NCBI GenBank assembly: GCA_001179505.1
Contig: CDMY01000376.1
Coordinates: 390,399-454,398 of the forward strand
Origin: Vitrella brassicaformis CCMP3155
Lineage: Eukaryota; Protista; Chromerida
Reading direction: 5' to 3'
DNA: 64,000 nucleotides
The translations under genes and the position numbers were made by a program. Below the pieces are notes generated by a model. That model made no database searches and was not told where the DNA came from. It worked only from the letters and a program-made list of their open reading frames with translations. Each line of letters begins with the position of its first letter. Positions within the stretch are counted from its first letter, which is position 1. Of the stretch, positions 14,005 through 27,133 are shown piece by piece.

Positions 14005-14922
14005 GTAAATGAGAGACGCGGGGAGGTTTGTAGAGGTTGGGTATCACACATACACAGTGTTGGGGGGATGCACCTCCAGAGAGACAGACACGGTGTGCAC
14101 TGCACGGAGTGCCTACGTGTAGCTAGTTTATTCTCACTGTGCTCTCTGTGGGATGTGAGTGCGTCCATGCGCTGATTGGTGGATGGATGGATGGATGGAC
14201 GTACTGGTGACCTTTCCTGCCATTTCATGACCCATTTAGATTTCGATGTCAGCAGTCAGTCAGTCCATGTGGACAAGGCGCACACACATTCTCGCGTCTC
14301 TGTCTGTCTTTGCCCGTCATATATGTCGGCGCACCGCACCGTGGCGTTCGTTCACCTTGACGGGTGCAGCTGTAGCATTCGAGTGGGTGGGCATTATAAC
14401 ACACAATCACGTGGCATTATAACACACACTCACATGACATACTACAGCAGACACACGCCAGGCGAGCACCATGCCATGCACGCCACGCACAACCTGACTG
14501 ACAGATTCCTCCACTCCGTGTGTCGGTGCAAGCGCAGCGACAGCCACGCCACGCGCATCGCATCGATTGTCCGCTCATCTCATTCACTGACTGTTTGCAA
14601 GTACGTACGTAAGCATGTATGTATGTATGTATGGGTTTCACTGTGCAGCAACAGCCTCGCTGTGAGCTGCCTGGGCCAGAGAGTGAATGAGAGAGTGAGT
14701 GAGCAAAAGAGAGAGAGGGGCGAGTCCAGTGCACACACGCACCGCACCCGCTCTTCCTTCATTCGTCAGGCCTTCAATAGTCAGTCGATCAGGCGATCGA
14801 CGCATTGCATTCCATCCCTCCCCTCCCCTCCTCTCCCCTCCACATGAACACATGGAAACGAAAGGAGAAAAAATGGGGATTGTCGATACGATGCACACAC
14901 TCATGGATGGATGGATGGAGCC

Positions 14923-14967
<45 letters not shown>

Positions 14968-15843
14968 AGGCAATAGAAACCAAGGAAGGCAAGGCAATCC
15001 AATCGGTGAGAACAAAATCAGTCAGGGGTAGTAGCTAGGCTAGGCTAGGCAGGCCGACAGACAAGGGGAGGTGGAAGGAAAATAACTCACAAAACTGGGC
15101 AGTGAGTGAGTGACGATACACACATAAGGACGGACATCTGCAAGTGGGGTGGGTAGGAGGGGAGGAGAGGAACCGCTTAGCGTTAGTCGACAAGAAAAGC
15201 AAGCACGCGGGAGGCACACACACACACACAGTGCATCCATCAATCAGGCCACCCACGATCGTGTCGTGGTGCATCGCATCGGTGTGGGTCGCATCGCATC
15301 GCATGTAGGTAGGGATGGGCTGATGAAAACAAACTCTCTGTTTATTGCGTCAGTCATCTGTGCAATCAATGCACGCAGGCAGACCGGCATCTCTCTCTCT
15401 TTTGCGCATGCATGGACGGCGCAGCACACGACACCTCTCTCGCTCTTTCTTTGTCTCAGCCTACCGCTACACACACCGCACCGCACAAACACTCAGACAC
15501 ATGGTCGACTGACACACAGACAGTAAGTAACATGAAGAGGCCAAGCCCCAAAGCGGCTGGCCTGACCCACATACACATTATATTGCATGTATGTGTATAC
15601 GTATGTGTGTGTGTGTGTGTGCGATCGCCCGCATTCAGACAGCCGGCGAGTGAGTCCGTCCATCCATCCATCCATCCATCCCAGCACCTCAGAACCCCAC
15701 CCTCTAATTCTACACATCACCATCGCGTCTCACACATATATAGTCAGCCCTTTCTTCAAAGCATGTAGTCAGTCAGTAAGCAAAATGCAGCCCGCCCGCC
15801 CCCGTCCCTCGCGCCTGCGCCTGTCATGACTGACAGTCTTCAG
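14005..15843. repeat. Microsatellite-rich convergent intergenic region / 3' UTRs
   Basis: (CA)n, (GA)n, (GGAT)n, (GTAT)n tracts; no credible coding frame. Confidence 0.7.
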
Positions 15844-17577
15844 TTAGGCCTTTTTGCTCTCCAACGACTTTGACACACCGTACAGGAGTGTGCCGCCGAC
15901 GGCGATGGCCGATCCGAGTGCGCCGAGTGGTGTGAATTTGGTACCGAAGACGATGACGGACGCCAGGATGAGGGCCACGCGCTTGAAGGTGTTGGCCACG
16001 GCGTGACTCACAGTGTTCAAACGAGACAGAGACAGGAAGGCCACCTGAACAAGACAGATAAGACACACGTGCGGCAATGTGTAAGTGTGTGTGCAGCCAC
16101 CCATGGGTTGGTTTGGTTCTCACCTCGTTGTAGAGGTAGTACCAGAATCCCGATCCGACGACGTGTCGGATGATCTGCTTGCCGGTGATGCCGTTGGCGA
16201 GTGCGTTGTTCCACACGGGCACGATCGACTTCATGTCGAACAGCGCCAGAGGCACCAGGAACATGGTCGCGAAGATCGTCAGGATGGCGTACATGTTGCT
16301 GGGCGTCAGGTTCTCGCCAAGCTTGTCCTTGTCGCCCATCGCCTTCTTGCTGTAGATACCTGCACTCACACAACAAACAGAAGCACCGGTGAGTGACACA
16401 CATACTGACTGACTGGCTGTAGTTGCTGGTCTGGTCTACTGGTGAACCGTGTCCGTGTCTGTCTGTCGGCGGACCTCTGAGCGATGACCCGACGTTGGAG
16501 ACCATGGCACCGATGAAGGCCCTCCAGGTGAAAGAGAGCTCCTTGAGCGACGCGAGCGACACGCCAAAGATGATGGGGACCAGGCTGAGGTAGGTTAGGG
16601 GCGAGAGGTAGTTCTGCAGCACCACCGCAGAGAGCACCGAGGTCGTCACGGGCTCGGCCGCCTTGACGATGTGGACGAACGAGATGGCGCCGGCGCCCAG
16701 TGCGATGACGGCCGAGATGTGGACGGATGCGTGGAAGAGGCCCTGGATTGCGAGCTGCTTGACGCCCTCGGAGTTGTAGATCTTGGGCTTGGGTCGGATG
16801 CCGGTGAGCCAGGGGAGCATGAAGATGGGGATGCCCACGAGCATCTGGAGGGCTGACACCGTCAGCGGCAGGGGGTACAGGTTCAGCGCCCTCTTGTTGT
16901 CCACATTGTACAGCACGTTGAACGCATACCTGATAGATACATACACACACACACATGGATGGATGGACGGATGGATGGATGTCTCCCCTGGTACCACCAG
17001 CATAGCATGTGTGTGCCTCACTGCCTGACTGACTGACTCACCAGAGGAAGAGGAAGAAGAAGGTCTTGGCGGTCTCGACCATGTCACTCCCGGTGTCCCC
17101 GTTGACCTCCTTCTTGAGGGTGCTCAGCGACTTCTGGTACCCCTGCTTCTCCAGAAACGCCATGACCTTGTCCAGGTCAAGGTCGAGCGTGCTTGTCGCC
17201 ATCGACGTGGTCGTCGCCTCGGTCGTGGCCACCGACTCTAGCGCCGTCATGCCCTCGGGGAAGAGCCGGCCATTCCTCGCCCGCCCGAATCGCTGCGCTG
17301 ATGGGACGGGCTGCGAGAATGGGGAGGCCACGAAGCCCTCACCGGACGCCATGAGGGAGGCGAATGCGTCGGCGGCATCGTCCAGGTCCGACAGGAAGGC
17401 GTCCGTTGCGTCGTCCCGTGCAGTGGTGTCGGCCTCTTCCTGGAGATCCTGCCTTTCCAGCAGCGGCGCCAGCTGGTTGAGGCCTCGTGTGGCGCGGATC
17501 TTGTATGCCACACTGCTGGCATACCCGCAGCTCACCAGGCATGCGAGGCATAGCGCAATGACGCTCCTCATCATCAT
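15844..17577 (-). CDS. Plastid triose-phosphate/phosphate translocator (TPT/APT family) with signal peptide and long transit region
   Basis: Signal peptide MMMRSVIALCLACLVSCGYA. TPT motifs FFLFLW/YAFNVLYNVDNKRALN, GAISFVHIVKAAEP, ELSFTWRAFIGAMVSNVGSSLR and HAVANTFKRVALI. Stop TAA at 15844. Confidence 0.92.
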
Positions 17578-17802
17578 ACTGGTCGGGGTGGGCAGATGAG
17601 ATGGTGAGTGGAGGAGGGCGGGCTGCTCAGGAAGGAGGGGGGAGGAGCAGGGGTGGTAGAGGCGGTACTTCAACTTTGAGCTCGCACCAGTGGGATCGTT
17701 TCGTTTTTCGAAGGCGCTGACGGGCAGCCCACCCATCGCCATTCTGCAACGTGTTTGTAGCTTAGCTCTCTGCTGCTGGTGATCTGATTGAGCGCTCACC
17801 AC

Positions 17803-20771
17803 ATGGCCGGGAAAAAACAAATGGCCGGTGGGGGGAAGGAGTCGTGGAGGCTACCTTTGCCGTGCGTTGAGACGTTCTCCAAGCTCTTTTTCACAAAGAA
17901 TCCGCCAGGTAAGATCAGAAAACACATACGGGATGCCTCCCTCACTGTGCTTGCACTGGGTGGTGTGGCTGCAGCGGAGGAGCAGATTATTCTACTGCCG
18001 GAACCTGCTCCCGCCGCCAACACGGCCCATCCCGCACCACCGCCATCATCATCAGCAGCAGCGCCAGCATCAGCAGCACCAGCAGCAGCAGCAGCAGGAG
18101 CATCGACCTCCAGCTCATCGGTGGCCGCATGTGGCCCTGCGGTGATCCTACCAGACCGGCAGGCTGACGGTAGGGGGAGTGGGCAGCGTCAGTATGCACC
18201 CCACGGGTTCTTCACCAATGCGTGGACGAGTCAGCCAGAGCAGCTGACGCTAGAGTTGGTAGAGACCGTTGACAACCAGCCCGTTACGCAGCCGCCGTAC
18301 ACCACCTACACACATCCACACACGGAGAAGCGCCTCACATGCTGTCCATCTGTCTGTGTGCCCACCCACCCCCCCACAGAATCTATGCCATAGACAACTT
18401 CCTACGAGAGGAGGTCAGTGCAGTGCAACCTTATCCCAAACCAGCCATGGGACCCTCCAGAGAGAGCAGGTCTGCCCTTCTGCTCGTGCGGGTATGTGTG
18501 TGCAGGAGTTGGCGCACTTGGCCTTGTTTATTGAGTTGAAGGAGCAGCAGTCCGGCGGGTTTAGGAGGAGCCTCACGGAGGACGACAGGGGCGTCCCAGA
18601 GGAGATGCGCGAGCGAAGCTCGTCCAGCGTCAGGATACCCAAGGCCGCCACCCACCTCGTTAGAAACATCGAAAGGTGAGGCTGCCATCAGCCAGTGAGG
18701 GGAGGGAGGAGGGGAGGGAAACACGGCACCACCTGGCCTCTCGTGTGTGTGTGTGTGTGTGTGTGCAGACGTGCTGCTGCTTGCTTCGGCCTGCCCGCAA
18801 GCCACGTCGAGCCGCTTCAGATCGTGCGCTACCAACGGGGCGAGGTAACCTAAGAGTGTGGCCACAGTGATACACGAATTACATCGAGGCCGTCCATCCA
18901 TCCATCCATCCATCCATCATTGCAGGAGTATCGTGTCCATCACGACATGGTGGAGCTGCACAAGAAGGGCCGCGGGTGGGGTGGCGTGTACCTCGACAGC
19001 CCGTCGGACGAGGAAAAGGCCAAGGGGGTCCGCGTGGGGACGATACTAGTGGTGAGGCAGGAGAGGAACCTTGTGTTGGTGGATGCATAGTATTCATGGT
19101 GTGGTGTGGTGTGTTGTGTGATGTGCTGCCTGCAGTATCTGCACAGCCTGGATAACGGCGTGGGGGGCTGTACGCATTTCCCCTTGCCCCAAGGCGGACT
19201 GGATTTCACGCCTGTGCGGGGCCTGGCTATCATGTGGAGCAACATCAAGGACGCCGACCTCACACCAGGTGGGCGGGGCGGGGTGGGTGAGTGACGAAGG
19301 AAGCAGCAAAGACAGGCAGGCAGCACACACTCGAGTGACACGACAGACAGAGGGAGATATCATTCTCTGTCTGTCGCTTGTTCAGACCTTCGGACGGCGC
19401 ACGAGGGGAAGAAGATACTCCGCAGTGGCTGCAAGTACGGACAGACGAATGGGATGGGGGCACACAGAACAGACGCACACAATTAGACGCACCGCACCGC
19501 ACAGGCAGGCAAGTTGGTTCTCTCGACGTGCGTGTGCGTATGTGTGTGGCAGTAAGTACGCCCTCAACATTTGGGTCAGCAACGTCCCCGATACGAGCAA
19601 GCCCAACGCACTACAGAGGAAGGCCACGCAGCTCCACAACCTCCTCGGCAAAGTACCCTACCCCTCCACAGAGTGAGAGAGAGATGGAATGGCACCAATC
19701 AAACCGACACGACACGGCAGAAAGTCGGGACACACACGTGCACGTGATGATCATGATCGCTTCCCTCCCTCCCTCAGGCCTCTGCATCTTGCGAAGGCCC
19801 ACACTCTGCCCCCCCTGCGCAGAGACGCGAAGGGCACGCCACTGGAGGACCCCTGTCCTGGCAACGAGCCCATATGTGTGCTGTGCGGTCGGGGCGACGA
19901 GTGGGACGTCAACCAGCCCGGCATCCTCCTCGCCAACACGGATGCATCGGATGGGGCGGCGAGGGCTGTCGAGCCATCGAGGGCGCGAGAGCCGCACGAG
20001 AACAGGCTGATCATCTGCTGTAGCGCCATGTGTCGGCGGGCCGTGCACGACTTTCCGTGTCTGGCCAACTATCGGAAGCGGATTGCGGCCTCGGCCAGCA
20101 GTAGCAGCGCCAGTCGATCGCACACCGCCCAGGGTAGGAACAAAAGGCAGACAGCGGCACAAGACGAAGCATTCGGTCCCTCCCTCTGATCTGTCTGTCT
20201 GTCTGTTTCTGGGTTGGGTTTGTTTGTTTCTGCAGCCCCATGGCTCTGTTTCGAGTGTGAGGACGACGCGGATCGTCGTGTGCCCAGTGACGACCACGGC
20301 GATGCCCCCGGGCAGCAGCCGCGGCAACGGCGGATGAAGAGGACCCGGGACTCGCCCAGCGATGAGCCGGCGCGAAACCTCACCCGGCGTCAGCAGAGAC
20401 TCGCCGAAAGGCCGAGGATGGAGGAGCTGGGACCCATCATGCCGCCGTCGCCCCTACGTGCGCCAACGCAGGCCGGCACCCCTCCAGTAACCCCAGAGCA
20501 CAGCCCTCGGCAAGGTGGAGAGCCACCGGCAGCAGCAGCAGCAGCAGCTGGTAGTGGGGGGGGTGGGGATAGGTGGCGACTGGTGCCCAAGAAACCGACG
20601 AGGGCAGACCTGCGTCGGTTGTTCCCGTCTGTGTTTGAGCCAGGGGTGGACGTGGGCACCCAGGCTGACCTGGGCAGCGATGGCGACTTCCGCAGCTGCC
20701 GTGAGGACCAGTCAGTCGCCGACGAGGGTCAGCATATTGAGACCGACCTGACGGAGATGAAGGACGCGTAG
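17803..20771 (+). CDS. Prolyl-4-hydroxylase-type 2OG-Fe(II) dioxygenase fused to a PHD-like zinc finger
   Basis: P4H motifs PIYAIDNFLREEE, EPLQIVRYQRGEEYRVHHD, ILVYLHS...GGCTHFP, TAHEG and KYALNIW. An in-frame intron 19673-19777 removes the apparent stop and joins CVLC...CCSAMC...HDFPC...(intron 20134-20235)...PWLCFEC. Start is 17803 or 17821. Confidence 0.75.
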
Positions 20772-21483
20772 ATCCATGGCATGTATATAGGACACGGCAA
20801 CTACATATTCGTGTAGCTTCGTGTCCGGGCAAGTCTTGTGGGTGCTGCCTGCAATGGTGGTCACCCCGTGTGTGTGCGTGCGCTTTGGACAGTCAGTATA
20901 TGATGGGATGTACATTAATTAGAGGCTGAGAGACTCATGTCATGTGAGCGCTGGTTGACTGGTTGATGCATCTATCCATCCATCCATTCATTCATTCATC
21001 CAAGACCCTGCCTACGTCTTGTCCGTTCGTGTGTTGTTGTGTACATATTCATTTGACCTCCTTTCGTTTCCTTTCATTTCCACACGCTACGCTGCTTGAT
21101 TGACATCTCCAATCGTCAGTCACGAGGAGGGACCACAAAAACACACAAGGTCGGTCGCATAGATAGACATATGCATTGCATTCGGGCACACACGGCACAC
21201 ACAGCACAGCTGATTGATCTGATGGATGGATGAACCATCCATCCATCCATCCACATCACATACTCGACAGTCCGCATAGCCTGCTCTCCTCGCTGTACAA
21301 AACTTGGCACACCTCGGCAGCCCGAGGTGTGTCAGGTGGGCACTCTAGTTGGGTGGCACCCAACGCCCAAACCCTCGCCCGAATCAACAGAGGCCCTCAC
21401 TCCCTCCTTGCCGGCTGCTGCTGCATTCGCAGAGTGGTTGGCTGTGCGCTTCGCGCAGGCTGATCGCAGTCAGTGGCGTCCTC

Positions 21484-21724
21484 TCATGAGTCGGACTTCT
21501 GTTTGTTGACGTTGAGCACCGCCATGAACGCTTCCTGGGGCACCTCAACAGACCCAATGTTCTTCATACGCTTCTTGCCCTGCATCACATCACATCACAC
21601 ACACACACACAGACACGAGCAAGGCAAGGCGGACAGCGCGTGTGGTGTGGCCAGAAGTGCGTTTGATGCGTGCTGGTCTTGGTGTACCCACCTTCGCTTG
21701 TTTCTGTAGGAGTTTTTTCTTTCT

Positions 21725-21757
<33 letters not shown>

Positions 21758-24700
21758 ATCCTTCCTGATGGCGGGGATGTGACTCGACGCCACTGGCTTG
21801 CTGCCTGCAGGCATGACACACATGACACACACAGGGGCGACTGATGGATGGTTCGTGCTTTGCTTTATGTGTTTCGTGTGTGTGGTTAGGTTACCCCACA
21901 CCACAGCCGCTTAGCTTACCGATGCAGGCCTGTATGGGGACCTTGAACTGCTGCCGGGGGATGAGCTCCTTCAGGGCCTCGGTCAGCTTCTTGCCGTGGG
22001 GGTGGGCGTTGTCCTTGTGCACCACACACGCCAGCGGCGGCGCGTCCTCGCCGTTGATGCGCACCGCCAGCTTGACAAGGGGGTTCACCCGGTAGCCCGT
22101 CACACTGTATTCCATAGACGCATACCTGACACACACAGACGCCCGACACTATGATATGGATGGATGGCGGGCGCCCCCCACCGCACCCTTTGGTTCGTGA
22201 TTTGAGCATGTCGAAGAAGTCGGTGATGACTTCAGCGAGGGGGAGGTCGTAGACTATGGTGGTGCGGGTGGGCGACAGGTACTTCTGCTCCACCAGCTCG
22301 CCGCGCCGCGACTGGCACAGATCCATCACACCACCGACAAACCTGACGTACACACGGGACAGACAGACAGACAGACATCCGCACACACTACCATGCCGCC
22401 ATCTTCGTCCGTTGTCCGTACTCGCTCGGCACAAGGATTTCCATCCTGCAGTACGGCTCAAGCGTCTCGGCGATGTCCTGCGTCTCCTCCGGCCACTTGG
22501 CAGGGTTGTCCACCATCAGCTCGCGGCCGTCCTTCATCTTGACCATGAAGTTGACCGAAGGCGCCGTCACCACCAGGTCGAGCCCGTACTCCCTCTCCAG
22601 CCTCTCTTGCACGATGTCCATGTGCAGCAAGCCGAGAAAGCCGCACCGAAAGCCAAAACCCATGGCAATGGAGTTCTCGGGCTCGAACTGGAGGGCCGCG
22701 TCGTTGAGCTTGAGCTTGCTGAGGGCGTCCTTGAGGTCGTTGTACTGGTCAGTCGATGTGGGAAAAAGTCCGCAGTAGACCATGGGGTTGGCCTCCGAGT
22801 AGCCGGGCAGCCGCTCGACCTGGTCCTTCTTGAAGGCAGAGGTGAGCGTGATGGTGTCGCCGACTCGTGCGTCCTCGACGGACTTGATGGAGGCTGACAG
22901 CCAGCCAACCTCCCCGGCGCGCAGGACGTCCACCTCCCTCTGTGAGGGCGACATGACGCCCACCTGGTAGACCTCGAAGTCCTTGCCCGTCGCCATGAAC
23001 GTGATGCGGTCGCCCTTGCGAACCTCACCGTCAACCACCTACACACACATACCGGTTCACATCATTTCCGTCGACGCGATGCAATGCATCCCTGTCTGTC
23101 TGCCTGCCTGTCTGCCTGCCTGTCTGTCTGTCTGTCTGTGTGGCTTAGTTACCCTGAAGAAGACGACAACCCCTCGGTATGTGTCGTAGTAGGAGTCGAA
23201 TATGAGGGCTTTGAGCGGTCCGCCCGTGGGAGGTGTGGGCGGGGGCACCTTGTGCACGACTGCCTCGAGGATCTCCTCGATGCCGATGCCCTTCTTGGCG
23301 GACGCCTGGATCGCGTCAGAGCAATCCAAACCTGCACAATGATATCATAGGCATGCATTGGCAGCAAACAAACTCTCCGTCATATATTTCAGGCTTCTTG
23401 TACTGTGCAGTGCAGTGCTGCTCGCTCACCGATGGTTGTCTCGATCTCGTCGAGGACGCGATCCGGGTCAGCAGCCTGACGCGACACATCACATCAACAA
23501 CCAAGACACCATCCATCCATCCATCCACTCCCCTCGCCCGCAAGGCCTCTCCTCTCTGTCGAATGCTCTTCCTTACCGGCATGTCGATTTTATTGAGCAC
23601 AGGTATGACCTCCAAATCGTTGTCGATAGCCAGGTACACGTTGGCCAGTGTCTGCGCCTGCACACCCTGGCTGGCGTCAACCACCAGCAGGGCCCCCTCG
23701 CAGGCCGCCAGGGACCGTGACACCTCGTACGAGAAGTCGACATGGCCTGCGGGCAGCCGCGAAACACAGAGAGAGGTCATACAGACGGTGTCTGTCTTGG
23801 AGTGAGCGTCTCCTCTTCGCGGCCTCTTTGTAAGGCAGACATACACACCATACCTGGCGTGTCGATGAGGTTGAGGATGTAGGTCTTGCCATCCTTGGCG
23901 GCGTAACGCATCCGTGCTGCCTGATGACGGAAGACCACACACACACACACACACATGCACACACACATGTGAGGGTGAGAAGGAGGGCTGGCGATGGGGA
24001 GGGTGGGGGGGGTGGGGGGGCGACCTGCAGTTTGATGGTTATTCCCCTTTCCCTCTCCAGGTCCATGCTGTCGAGAAACTGAGCCTGCATGTCCCGAGAC
24101 TCAACTGACACACACACACACACACACATACGAGGCAGCATCACATCCACACCACCCACCCCCCGGCCGTCGAACGGACCTGCTTTGGTCATTTCGAGCA
24201 TTCTGTCAGCCAGTGTGGATTTGCCGTGGTCGATGTGGGCGATGATGCAGAAGTTGCGGATCAGAGAGGGGTCGTAGTCAGACCTGGGGGAGGGCATTTG
24301 CCTGCCCGCGGGGGACGACACACGGGGTGGTGCACTCTGCACTGCAGGGGTGTGTGCATCTGCTGCTTTGGGGGGCGGTGCTGCTGGGGGGTCTGCTGTC
24401 ACAGACGGGGCCGGCCGCTCTGCGAACAGCACCAGAGGGAGGGACAACAAGCACAATAATCCGTCGGTGAAGGAGATAGCATTCGTTGTGTTGTGCGCCC
24501 ACCTTGTGTGGCGGATGACATATGCGCTGCAGGTCGCCGCCTCTGGTGCCGCATAGCAGCCGGTGCAGCTCGCCTCGGCCACCTCATCACGCCAGGCCGC
24601 ACGAAGGCTTCGCTGCCACTCGCGAGTGTCGAAAGAATGGATCCACCTGCAGACATACAGCAGAGGCATAAAACATTCATTCGCAGCCAACACAAAGGAA

Positions 24701-24979
24701 GGCCAATGACATCAATGACGAGCAATCAGGCGTGTGTGCACTGTACTGCCGAGATGACTCACTTGGTAGATGCGCTGCATCAGAACAGAGCCAGTGAAAG
24801 AAGCAGCCGATTGACAGAGTGGTCCACAGGGAGTGCCATCTTCGAAATGGCCTCCAGCAGGTCCTGTTGCCTCGGTGTGAAGCAGCCTCCCGCCTCAGAT
24901 CTGAGCGTGTTGATGCGCTGCTCGCCGGATCTGGCGCACAAGAGGCAGATTCGGCAATGCAGGGCTCCATTCTTTGCAT
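21484..24979 (-). CDS. lepA: Translation factor LepA/EF-4 (GUF1), plastid type; start codon uncertain
   Basis: [67 protein letters not shown] and [21 protein letters not shown]...[22 protein letters not shown]. Leader contains a hydrophobic stretch then SEAF and an Arg-rich transit segment. Confidence 0.93.
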
Positions 24980-25129
24980 CCTTTTCGCAACCTTAGGGGA
25001 GCCAGTCTTTTTGCGAGCCCGAGTCTGAGCTTGCGTGAGGCGAAAGTGAGCTCTCCTGTAAGGTAAGCGGTGTGTAGCAGAGGGTCCGAAGCAGCAGTGT
25101 ATTGGCAGCATTTCTCTCATTGTGTGTGA

Positions 25130-26410
25130 ATGCAGGCTCCTGACACAATGATCTCGATGGAGGCCCCCTCAGGCTCTTATCGTCTGATCCACAGCCCCTC
25201 TGGCCGTGTCGGCTCTCCCAGTGGCGTGCCGTTTAGCCTGCTGCCGGGATCTGTGATTCAACTCATCCCTCAGTTCCTGACTCTCAGCTCAGCAGTGCTT
25301 CGCTTCCGTCGCGTCGACAAGCACACCCTCTCTCAGCTGAGCCTCGCTGTCGTCATCCCCCTCCTGACGCGCCTGCTTGCCCTCCTGGTGCCGTCTTTGC
25401 CTTTTGGGGCGCATGTCATGGTAACCTTTCCTCAGCTGCCCCTTCGACTGGAGTCCGTGGGCGATGGAGATGGGATGAGCTGCCATCTATCGGTGCTGTT
25501 TGAGCAGCTGACCCGACGGCTATTCTTTCTTGAGAGGGGCGGCGACTGGGGGAGATGGAAGCCGCACGTGGAGATGCTCTCGGTGATGGTGGTAGGGCAG
25601 CCCATCGCCCTGGACGAGGTCAACTTCAGCGGATTCGGCCAGTGTGCTGACTATCTCGGCAAAAATGAGGCAGTGCGGCAATGGCTGATCCTGAGTCGTC
25701 TAATCGCTTTCCTGTCAATCTCCCACCCTCAGCTCCCCACCATGCTGATGGACGGCAATCGTATCCGCCCAGTCCCCCTCCGCCACACCCTCTCGCTGCC
25801 GGACATGCTGCCAGCAGATCCTCTGTTCGGCAGAGGCCAGTATGATGCGGCCAATCCCCCCACAGTGCTGGACGACGACCGGTCCATCACCTACCGGAGC
25901 TACTCGTGCATGGTGGCCTTTGTGCTGTTCAAGTATCTGTGGGCGGCGGGTGTCCTCCGCTGTGCCAAGTCCTGGCTGTCGACCCGCCTGATGTCCCTCT
26001 CGTCACGGCGCGCAAGGCACCTCATGGCTGCGAGTGGGGTGGGGCAGCTGCGGCACTGTGCTGCTGTTTGCGACCGCAAGGGCGAGTACGGCTCTCACGA
26101 GCGGCTGATCGTCCTGGGCGGCGAGCAGCTGGGCGCGACGGGACAGCTGGCCTTCCTGACAATGAGGGACACGGGGGTGAGCTACCTGATCAGTGTCCTG
26201 ACGACGGAGTCGCCGCCTTTCGACCGCACACGGGTGGCGGTGATGCGGGTGGTGGGCGAGCACTTCACGCTGGCATGCAAGCTGTGGCTGGAGGAGAAAG
26301 AGGAGGAACCTGCGATGAAGCTGCCGAGCTCTGCGGGCATTGCTTGGATGGTATTTGGGGGCCTGAGGGTACACAGACACAGGACTGGGAATCGACGATG
26401 GGGCGTGTAG
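25130..26410 (+). CDS. Intronless 426-aa hypothetical protein with an N-terminal F-box-like motif
   Basis: Uninterrupted ORF with GC-rich codon usage. FSLLPGSVIQLIPQFLTLSSAVLRFRRVDK resembles the F-box pattern LP-x2-I-x2-I-x2-L...R-x-V-x-K. True start may be 25148 or 25157 after a 5' UTR intron. Confidence 0.7.
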   Translation: MQAPDTMISMEAPSGSYRLIHSPSGRVGSPSGVPFSLLPGSVIQLIPQFLTLSSAVLRFRRVDKHTLSQLSLAVVIPLLTRLLALLVPSLPFGAHVMVTFPQLPLRLESVGDGDGMSCHLSVLFEQLTRRLFFLERGGDWGRWKPHVEMLSVMVVGQPIALDEVNFSGFGQCADYLGKNEAVRQWLILSRLIAFLSISHPQLPTMLMDGNRIRPVPLRHTLSLPDMLPADPLFGRGQYDAANPPTVLDDDRSITYRSYSCMVAFVLFKYLWAAGVLRCAKSWLSTRLMSLSSRRARHLMAASGVGQLRHCAAVCDRKGEYGSHERLIVLGGEQLGATGQLAFLTMRDTGVSYLISVLTTESPPFDRTRVAVMRVVGEHFTLACKLWLEEKEEEPAMKLPSSAGIAWMVFGGLRVHRHRTGNRRWGV

Positions 26411-26818
26411 AATAGAAGGGAAGGAAGACTTAGTGGTGGTGGTGGTGCTGCTGCTGCTCGTGGTCGTGGTTGACTGTCTCATGGCGTGGCTCGGCTCCCT
26501 TTTGTCTCCCGTTTTGTGGTCATTTTGCCGATGTGCAAATGCGTGTGAGTGGGAAGGATGCAATTAATCGACATTTGTTGATCAGTCAAAAGTTGGAGTG
26601 ATTCTTGATTGTTCCGCCCTCTCGCTCTCCTTTTCCTTACCCCCTGTGTGCATGCTTCGTGCGTGTGCATGCTGCCTGTTTGGTGTGTGCAACGAAAGGT
26701 GGGCGCCGGGCTTAGGGACAGGCGTCTCGTCAAACCCATAACCGCGCCCCGCGAGCTTCGTCGGAGAGTGCAAGGAGGCAGCAGAGTGTAGGCGAGCACA
26801 CAGTGATTCTCTCTTGCG

Positions 26819-27097
26819 ATGGATCTGCGGCCACCGATAGATGAGAAACAAAGAAGACGATGCTCATCGGTGCTGCCGCTGATCTGCATATCTATCAGTC
26901 AGCTTCTCCCTCTCTCCACCTGCAGCACCGACTCGATGGCAGTTCATGAGCAGCAGTCGGCGTCACGGCCACGGCCACGGCGGCATCAGCCGCCTGCATT
27001 CTTCAACCTGCTGCAGCCTTCTGCAAGGCCCGGGGTGAGTGAGCCCTTGAGAGAGACTCATAGATCTCGTTGACTTTGGATGCATTCGTGTCTGTGT

Positions 27098-27133
<36 letters not shown>

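Noticed and set aside
19689-20771. Separate small genes (ORFs 19689-20189 and 20214-20771)
   Set aside because: Both starts lie in intron-like sequence, and in-frame splice sites join them to the upstream P4H exons.
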